Part shown: positions 54,800 through 64,000 of the stretch, piece by piece
Layout of the letters: the number at the start of each line of letters is the position of its first letter
How positions within the stretch are numbered: the first letter of the stretch is position 1
Assembly: GCA_951406725.2 (NCBI GenBank)
Contig: OX597817.1
Coordinates: 27,404,001-27,468,000 of the forward strand
Source: Octopus vulgaris
Lineage: Eukaryota
Direction of reading: 5' to 3'
Length of the DNA stretch: 64,000 nucleotides
Translations under genes and position numbers: made by a program
The notes under the pieces: generated by a model
What the model was told of the DNA's origin: nothing
The model's input: the letters and a program-made list of their open reading frames with translations, nothing else
Databases searched by the model: none

Positions 54800-57106
54800 T
54801 AGTTTTATTTTTATAGCGTGCTTTCACTTCACTACCGAGCACAGCTCTGTGTGCCTTGGGTATGTGCTGTGATTTGTTGTGATGCTCTGATAGTTATTGT
54901 ATGGAAAGTGTTCTGCGTAGGATGTGTGCAGTGCCTAGTAGTGCAATTTTCTGTATGTTATATGTGTTTGTAAGTCCTGGTGTTTTTGTTATGTATTTGT
55001 CTGAATATTTTTTTATCATGCCTAATGCACCTACTATGATAGGAATTGTTTCTGTTTTCAGATTCCACATTCTAGTTACCTCTATTTCCAGGTCTTTGTA
55101 TTTTGAGAGTTTCTCCATTTCTTTTAGAGACACGTTGTCATCTGCCGGTATTGATACATCAATTAGAAAGCATTTTATTTCTTCATGATCTCTGACAACT
55201 ATATCTGGTCTGTTGGCCTTAATTTCTCTATCTGTGTGTATCGGCATATCCCAGAGTATGGTTGCTTTCTCGTTTTCTGTGACCTTTTCTGGTGTGTGCC
55301 TATACCATCTTTTTTCTGTTGTTATTCCATAATGCTGGCATAGCTTCCAATGTATGTAGGTTCCAACTCTGTCATGTCTGTGAATATATTCCTTCTTAGC
55401 CAGGACTGGGCAGCTAGAGATAATATGATTTATTGTTTCTTGTCCATCTCCACATATTCTGCAGTTACTTGTAATATTTCTTTTCATTACATGTTTTTGG
55501 TAATTTCTGGTGGGGAGGCTTTGGTCTTGTGCTGCAATTAAAAATCCCTCTGTTTCTGCTTTGAGTCCTGAGCTTCTCAACCATTGCTGGGATTTTTCTT
55601 TGTCTATTTCTTTTGCGTTTAGTTTAGTGCAGTATTTACCATGAAGGGCTTTTCTTGCCATCGTTTTATCATGGTTCGTTGCTGTTCTATTTTTAGTTTA
55701 GATTTCATTTGTTTTATAGCTTTTGTTGTTTCTTCATCTTCTTCTTCTTCTTCTTCATGTTTATTAGGTGGTATGATTTCTTGTTTGTATTTGTCAGCTT
55801 CCTTAAATACTGAGAACAGTTTTTTGTTTTGCTCGTGTTTTGCCGCTATCTGGATCAGTTTTCCTTCCTTCTGAAGTAGATATGTTTGCAGTCCTATGGT
55901 GGTTATTTTATAGTAGTTTTCCAGCTGTATAAGGCCTCTACCACCTTCTATACGTTGTATATATAGTCTTTCTATGTCAGATTTTGGGTGATGCATCCTA
56001 GATCCTGTCATTATTTTTCTCGTTTTCCTATCTATTTTGGTCAGTTCATTTCGTGTTCAGTTAAGGATATTGTAGCTGTAACTTATAACTGGGACAGCTA
56101 AAGTGTTGATACCTATTATCTTGTTTTTAGCATTGAGCTCTGTGTTTAGTATTGATCTAACTCGTCTATAATATTCTTTTTTTATTTTCTCTTTCATTTG
56201 TGTGTGTTGTGTCTTATCTAGTTCATGGATTCCTAAGTATTTGTAAGTTTGGCTTTGGTCTAATTCTTTTATTTCATTGGTTTTATCTAGTGTGATGTTG
56301 TTACTCTTAACTAGTTTTCCTCTTTTCAGGGTTACTTTGGCGCATTTTTCTAATCCAAATTTCATATCTATTTCTTTGGTAAATCCATGAACTGTCTTTA
56401 ATAGTGTTTCCAGCTGTTTGTCATTTGCAGCGTATAGTTTTAGGTCATCCATATATAAAAGGTGGCTGATCGTTTTGCCGTAACATTTATATCCGCATCC
56501 AGTTCTCTTTAGCATATCAGATAGAGGTGACAGTGCCAAGCAGAAAAGGAGTGGAGAGAGCGTGTCTCCCTGGAATATTCCTCTTCTAATGGGGATGTCT
56601 TTGGTTTTCATGAGTCCCTCTTTTGTTTGGAGGTGTAGGACTGTTTGCCATTTATTCATAGATTGCTCTATGAATTTTATGATTGTTGGTGCTACTTTGT
56701 TAATGGCTAGTGTTTCGAGGATCCATGTGTGGGGGATGCTATCAAACGCCTTTTTGTAGTCAATCCAGGCCATACTGAGGCCTTTCTTCTTTCTGTGGCT
56801 GTCTTCAGCTATGGCTTTATTAATCCTTAGTTGATCTTTACAGCCATATGAGCCTTTGCGGCATCCTTTCTGCTCTTCTGGGAACAGTTTGTTTTCGTCC
56901 AGGTGCTTGTTCAGCCTTTGCAATATCACTGCAGTAAATGCCTTGAACATAGTAGGGAGGCAGGTTATTGGTCTGTAGTTTTCTGGTTTGTCTGTTTCAT
57001 TTGATTTTGGAATTAAGATGGTTTTCCCCTTCGTGAGCCATTTAGGCATTGTCTCTGGCTCTGCTAGTACTTTGTTAAAGTTTTCAGCCAGCTTTTTGTG
57101 CATTCC
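54796..57106 (-). mobile_element. 5'-truncated R4/Dong-clade non-LTR retrotransposon (RT + CCHC + restriction-like endonuclease)
   Basis: NYRPITCL, EQKG, WIDYKKAFDS, GIFQGDTLSPLLF, HLLYMDDLK, YKYLG; CRICG-ETINHIISSC, RHD, PDIV..LIDVSIP, EKLSKYKDL. One stop (56057) and one frameshift (~55650); flanked by (ATT)n on both sides. Confidence 0.95.
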
Positions 57107-57483
<377 letters not shown>

Positions 57484-57943
57484 GCTAATTTAGATTATTT
57501 TTGAATAAAGAGAATCCTCTTTACTATTGTATATTTATATTTGTAATTTTACCTCATTCAGTTTAATAGCTGAATTAACAATAACTTTTCCTGTAGCAAG
57601 TGCCTATATATTGCTGTCTATCTTACTGTCGATATTCACTTACATGCCAATAAATTTGGAATATATATTGTAATACGGTTCTTTATTTCAATACAGTATC
57701 AGAATATGATCGGCGTTATTTCTTTAAAAGACACAAGACATAAGTAACAGACGAAGCAGAAAATGAAAAACAATTTATTTTATTGCTATTAAAGTTATTT
57801 GTTGTGTTTGTCTCATTTAATGGAGGATTCTTTTATTAGCACGAGAGCTGCATTAAAACGAATTAGCATAATTGATGTCAAATGAAATTCTTCTTCTTCT
57901 TCTTCTTCTTCTTCTTCTTCTTCTTCTTCTTCTTCTTCTTCTT

Positions 57944-57974
<31 letters not shown>

Positions 57975-57978
57975 TTCT

Positions 57979-58016
<38 letters not shown>

Positions 58017-58019
58017 ACT

Positions 58020-58330
58020 TCTCAGTAGATAAATACAAACGTTTTAAGTAAGAAATAGTCCTCCTAAGGAAAATGAAAATGGTGAAGATAGTGCCAATTA
58101 TTGTTAGGTCCTTGAGAACAATATCAGAAGGCATCAAGAGGAATATAAAGGAAATTATAATAGTCCAGTAGAACTGTTACAAGATATTTGCCTCTTTGGC
58201 ACACATCAGAGAGATACCAGATAGTTAAAAAGAACAGATAGCATGGTAGCGTAGGCTGCAAGCAGCAAGCCCGCTAAGCATGCAAGGCTCCAGGTGTTTC
58301 AACAAACCCTGAGATAAAAAGAAATAATGA
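58020..58330 (+). mobile_element. R4/Dong 3' fragment, decayed
   Basis: DKYKRFK*EI...VKIVPIIVRSLRTIS...LLQDICLFGT, then 3' UTR ending in AAT repeats. Confidence 0.65.
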
Positions 58331-58361
58331 TAACATTAATAATAATAATAATAATAGTAAA

Positions 58362-58820
58362 AATGATTATCTTCTGGGACTTTGATATCCAAACAAAGTG
58401 TTAGAGCACCGAAGGCCGGATATAGTAACATTTAGGAGTGCTTAATAATCGACGTAGCAGTGCTAGGAGACCAACATATCATCATGAAAGAAAGAGGAAA
58501 AGTTGATAAATATGGAGACCTAAAAATTGTGATTGCTAAGATGTGGCAGCTACGAGATTTGAACACAAAGGATATCCCTATTGTCATCAGAGCATTAAGT
58601 TCAATACCAGCCAATCTGAAAAAAACATCTGAAAACCTTAGAGATACCCGACAATCTAGATGTACTGCAAAAGTCGAGATTAATTGGAACCGCACGCATA
58701 TTGCATAATGTAGTGTCTGTCTGAGTTTCTTGTTGTCACTTGATAAACAGTACAAACCAACGGTAGATACAATAACTTCAATCAACAACCTCACGATATT
58801 GTATACTGTGCGACGTTTAT
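58362..58820 (+). mobile_element. R4/Dong 3' fragment (RLE domain)
   Basis: IIFWDFDIQT..HRRPDIV..CLIIDVAVLGD..KVDKYGDLKI..IPIVIRAL..GTARIL, then 3' UTR and (AAT)n. Confidence 0.85.
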
Positions 58821-58869
58821 AATAATAATAATAATAATAATAACAACAACAACAACAACAACAACAACA

Positions 58870-58989
<120 letters not shown>

Positions 58990-59526
58990 GGCAGTGGCTC
59001 TCATGGCTTCTGATCTTAACTGATTGGAAGTGTTATCATGTACATTGTTTTGTCTTGGTATAAAAGATGGGCTACAGCAAATATTCTGCTCAATACCACA
59101 GATTTGCTTGTCAGTTGCTTGACCTTAACCAGTTGAGCATGTCCCTTAGTGGCTGACGATATGTGCATCTCTGATCACGAGCAGAAGTAGTGGGGGAGCA
59201 TCATGGCCATGTGTTGAGAGGGATTCTTTGGGGTTTGAATAATTCACCTCTGGAAACATCGGTGGTTCTTTCAATATCCTTAAACAACCCTTATTCAGGG
59301 ACCTTTTGAGCGGGATGGGCTACTCAACCTGAAGAAAATTCTAACTGGGCCCCACCTGCAAGGTCATGTGCTGTTTATCTTGATATGAGATCACCATGTC
59401 GCGCACATATGGTTGTGATGCATGTGTCTCGTGTACCCTTATCAAACGGGTAGTCATGATGGGTATATTGGGATTCGTATATTTTACCCCAGTGTCACTT
59501 TGTTGGCATGAACTGCTCTCACACTC

Positions 59527-59578
<52 letters not shown>

Positions 59579-60130
59579 TTACTCCTGATGCAGTACGAAG
59601 GCACTGGTTCGCATGGCTTCTGATCTTAACTAATTGAAAAGTATTACCATATACATATTTAGTATTGGTATAAAAGATGGGCTACATCAAATATTCTGTG
59701 ATATATTACAGATTTCCCTATCAGTTGCTTGACCATAACCAAATGAGCATGTCCCTTAGTGACAGACGATATGTGCATTGTTGATCAGGAGCAGGAGTAA
59801 GAGGGGGTGCATCATTACCATGTGTTGAGAGGAATTTGGGGGGATTTGAGTGATTCACTTCTGAAAACATGGATGGTTTGTTCATTTTCCTTAAACGACC
59901 CTTATTCACGTCCCTTTTTAGCTGGGTGAGCTACGCGACCTGAAGAAATTTCTAACAGGGCCTCACATGCAAAGTCATGCACTGTTTATTTTGATATGAG
60001 GTCCCCATGTCGCGCAAATATATTTGCCATGCATGTGCTTGGACTACCCTTATGTGAGGGGTAGTCATGATTAATATATTTGTATATTTCTACGCCAGTG
60101 TCACTTCGATGGCATGTATTACTCTCTCAC
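58990..60130 (+). repeat. Two diverged direct copies (~530 bp: 58990-59526 and ~59598-60130) of a non-coding element, each ending in AAT-type repeats
   Basis: Shared CATGGCTTCTGATCTTAAC, GGTATAAAAGATGGGCTAC, GAGCATGTCCCTTAGTG, CCATGTCGCGCA, CCAGTGTCACTT, CTCTC(A/T)CACT. Confidence 0.85.
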
Positions 60131-60209
60131 TTAATAACAATGATGATAATGATAATGCTGCTGCTGATGAGGATGATGATGATGATGATGGTGTTATTAC
60201 TGTTATGAT

Positions 60210-60760
60210 TGTATACAGAATAAGAATGTAGAATTTGCAAAACCCATATTATCATAGAGCGGATACCTATACAATTCAGAAAAAATTGAAAACTGTCAAG
60301 AACTACCAAAGGAGATGAAGAGATTTTGTAAGACTATGGATGACAACAGTATAACATAAAAATCGACAAGAAATGGTATAAACAGGAGTGAAGCAAGGTA
60401 AATGACAACAACTAGGCTACAATCATCTGGGATATGCCTGTTCAAAATAAAAGCAAATTACCTAGGCATATTATTCAAGAAAAAACCCACATACTGATAG
60501 ACATTGCAGTCCATTCTGACAAAAAAAATTGCCTAAGAGAAGTGGAAAAATTGTCAAAGCACAAAGTCACCGAAATTTATGTGTTCAAGATGTGGGGCAT
60601 GTAGGTGTAAATAATAGTAGTAATAATTGGAGCATTGAGCATGATAAATAGTACATATGAACAAAATCGTAAAGTTATACCTGAGCCCTCAACGCTATAC
60701 ACTGTCCTGAAAAATAGCCCATATAGGAACAGCCCACATTCTACGCAAGACACTAACAAT
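60210..60760 (+). mobile_element. R4/Dong RLE fragment, decayed
   Basis: DKKWYK..ATIIWDMPVQ..LIDIAVHSDKKNCLREVEKLSKHK..KMWG..VVIIGAL..IGTAHILRKTL. Confidence 0.75.
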
Positions 60761-61535
60761 TCAATAATAGACCTCAAATAAAACAATCTCCAAACACAAG
60801 ACACACTCTATACAGCAAATATCCAATAAAATAAAACAACCACCAACAGGCCGGTAACCCCCAAAAGGGCACAACTCGCATTATGCACACAACACACAAT
60901 ACAAACATTAATACAACAAGAGATTTTAAACGAAGCCCAATGACAAAACAAACTGATACAATGCACTACCAGGAACAAGGAATACCCTCAACAACAAAAT
61001 GGAGACACACAATGCTGCATACATTTCAGCAACACGGAGGTGTAGCAGCTCATGCTATAGAAGAAGCAGCTTGGCCTAATGGGGCTTCACTGTCATCTTC
61101 AAATTCAGTCTTACTGATCTCTGTTAGGTGTTCCTAGGATCTGATGTTTTTTCTCTCTCTCTGATTCCAAACCAAGCCCTACTTTTTCAGACATGTTGCC
61201 GACCCATTTTCAAGTACGTTTGCGTAATTTTTAACTGAAAGAATCCTTCAGTCCAGTTAAAGTAGCAGAAATGTTCTACACCAATTCAAAAGCCGAAATC
61301 CTATGCACACTACTATGCACATATATTGGTGAGGCTATCTTCTAGAAAACAATAGAGTCGTTAGGGTCCATTGCCATCGGAGATTTTGTTCCTTCCCGTC
61401 CCAGAATGATATTTATAATGGCTGTCTCCGAAGCAAAAGTCAAAGTTTAAATGTTAAATTATATACTTAAATTTCATTATGAAACTTACTATTGCTTTCA
61501 TTCGCCCCAAGTATTTCAATGGTACATATTTCCAC

Positions 61536-61616
61536 AAACACATACATACACACACACATGCACACACACATACACAAACACACATACATACATACATACA
61601 TACATACATACATACA

Positions 61617-61650
<34 letters not shown>

Positions 61651-61700
61651 CATACATACATACATACATACATACATACATACATACATACATACATACA

Positions 61701-61736
<36 letters not shown>

Positions 61737-61752
61737 TATATACATATATATA
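61536..61752. repeat. (TACA)n microsatellite
   Basis: Direct reading. Confidence 0.95.
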
Positions 61753-61988
61753 CTTTATTTAAAAGCAGCAGAAATTCAACAAAATCTGTTACTCGGAGTT
61801 TCACGTTCCCGTTCGTCGAACAGTTTTGTTAAAAAAATAACAAAAAAACTGTCCGACGAACGGGAACGTGAAACTCCGAGTAACAGGTTTTGTTGAATTT
61901 CTGCTGCTTTTAAATAAAGCATATTACTCTACCTTTGGTATTTGAGTACTCCTTTTTCCACCTTGTTTCACATTTATGTGTTTACTCC

Positions 61989-61990
<2 letters not shown>
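61753..61990. mobile_element. Inverted repeat (~75-bp arms) of a hammerhead-like terminal repeat, right arm extended
   Basis: Arms 61753-61827 / 61845-61919. Plus-strand motif CTGT-CCGACGA-ACGggaaCGT-GAAAC-TCCGA-GTA-ACAG at 61849-61886; mirror copy at 61786-61823 on the minus strand. Confidence 0.75.
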
Positions 61991-62031
<41 letters not shown>

Positions 62032-63449
62032 TATGCACATATACATATCTCTCTTGTATTTCGCATACATACATGAAATCAGCTCGTGAGAAAATAAGAT
62101 CATTTCCAAGATACCCTATGTCCGTCCGTGCAAAGTGCCAAGAATCCAAGAAGTTCCTGTGCTTGAGGTTGTTTTAAGTGGATAAGTTGTACAGCACTGA
62201 GTCGATTTTTCAGCACAATCAGCTATATGTGACCTACAAAATCAACAGCACAACGGAGGATGAAACGGCCAGAAGCCAACTGCACTTCAGGTTTTTCTAT
62301 TCGAGTTTACCATCTAGAGAAATGCTCTAACAAGAATTAGGATTCCTTAACTCCCAGTGATTTACATGCTCTTTAACCCATAGCTAGGACCCTAAGAGGT
62401 GCTACAATTTTCAGTCAGAGTAGACTTGTGAACAACAGTGATAAAGAAGTGGTTCCGGTCTCCTCAAATTCCTGGCGCTTCCGTATGAGGGCCCCACAAC
62501 CTGATGTACATTAAAGTCATACTAGGACATATATACATACATACGTATGCACACGGGCACCTTTGTGTCTGTACGCTCGATATGCTGGAGCAGACACATG
62601 CACTATACTTTTGTTTGCATCTGTGTACGTGTGCATGCGTGCGAGTATTCCTGTGTTTGTGCGTGAATGTGCATTTAATGTTCCATAAACGTACACTTGT
62701 TAAACAAAGATGTGTACAAAACATGTACACTCATAACACACACACATATATACGCACACATTCATGTATGCAGATGATACTAATAACATCGTATTCAAAT
62801 AAGTATATATAAAATATATATATATTTTTTGTTGTTGTTATCCTAGAATTTTATATATATTTTTAACTGAAGATTATTGTTCGATTTAAATTCAATTAGT
62901 TTGAAGCCTTTGATGTTCGCTATCTTTTCTTTTCCCCTACTTTTGTGTGATATATAAAATGAATACATCTTTTGCATTCAAGCAGTGAAGAGTTGCTAAT
63001 ATAAATATATCGCTGACAATTTGTTGTGAAGGAAATTCCAGCCAGCCAGTATTCCTGGCTTCGAATATCTCAGAATTTCAAACATTGGAAATCTAATTGA
63101 TAAAGATCGTTCATTTTTGCTCGATTGATTCCGCCAATGCTTCATTGTTGCTTCTTAGGGAAAATTACACCAATACATTACAGCAAAGAAGCTCCATAAA
63201 TAATTCCCAAGCAACCGTTTAACATTATATATCAACATATTTAAACCTTTTAACGATCTATATTCTTTCTCTGTCTATTCATTATACATCACAATGTTTA
63301 ATTTTACTACACTCTTTAAATTTTCTTTTTTTCTTTTTGTTTTGCTATAAATCGTTTCTTAACACTCTACTGTCTTTCTAAGAAATTATTAAAAACAATA
63401 AGAATCAATACAAAAATGAATATACATACATAATTTTATTCATACTTTT

Positions 63450-64000
63450 TTCTTCATCCAATCTCATCATTACTGCTCCAAGCTACCCTTTTACTTATTA
63501 TCAAGTCGTATCTAACACTATTTGGGTATTTCTTGTAACATTGTATTTTCTTTTTCTCATCATCCCTTCTGTGCTATTTCTTTTTCTTGTTCAACACTTG
63601 AAATTCTTCTCATCTTCGAAAGTCGCATTCTTTTTTTAATATTATCTTTACTCATCAGATTGCGGAGACGTATTTCAACAAATCACTCATTTGCCTCTAT
63701 TCTTCTCAAACGTCTTGCTCTACTTAATGTGATTTTTCTTCCTTTTAATTCTTCTATATATCACTGATCCAAATTGTTTTTCTATTCATAATACTGATAA
63801 TATAATAGAGATAACCCATAACAAAAAATCAGAACGCCTGTCTGTGTTAACATGCTCGGAGTTTCAGAAAGAACGTTAACCTTTTTCTAATTAAATAGCT
63901 ATCTTCATTGAATTTCTTGCATAATCATTTTAACACATTCGAAACTTTGTTTCACATATCTAACAAATTTCTTTTGTCGATTGTGAAAATTCATAGTGTA
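63450..64000 (-). pseudogene. Possible highly decayed RTE-like LINE 3' region
   Basis: VLIFCYG...RRLRRIEANE*FVEIRLRNLMSKDNIK...EIPK resembles the post-RT region of RTE elements; weak. Confidence 0.3.

Overview
AT-rich, repeat-saturated eukaryotic DNA, most likely intergenic or intronic sequence of an octopus (inferred from the SINE families and the extreme microsatellite load; not proven). I cannot support any intact host protein-coding gene. Almost all ORFs in the track are microsatellite translations or pieces of decayed transposons. Recognisable content: (1) DNA transposons: a full-length hAT/Buster element (7516-11209), a DD41D Tc1/mariner element (29704-31006), a deleted mariner, a Tigger and a POGK-like pogo. 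(2) Fragments of RTE, CR1-group and Penelope-like retroelements. (3) At least four tRNA-derived SINE families. (4) A ~6.6 kb pile-up of R4/Dong-type retrotransposons inside (AAT)n tracts (54170-60760). The most interesting signal is not in the ORF track: several unrelated, short non-coding elements carry type I hammerhead ribozyme folds. Three of them lie in inverted repeats next to microsatellites, and several have atypical cores (CCGACGA; U10.1/U11.1). This fits non-autonomous Penelope-like or retrozyme-type elements. Coordinates and alignments were read by eye, and family names are inferences from motifs.
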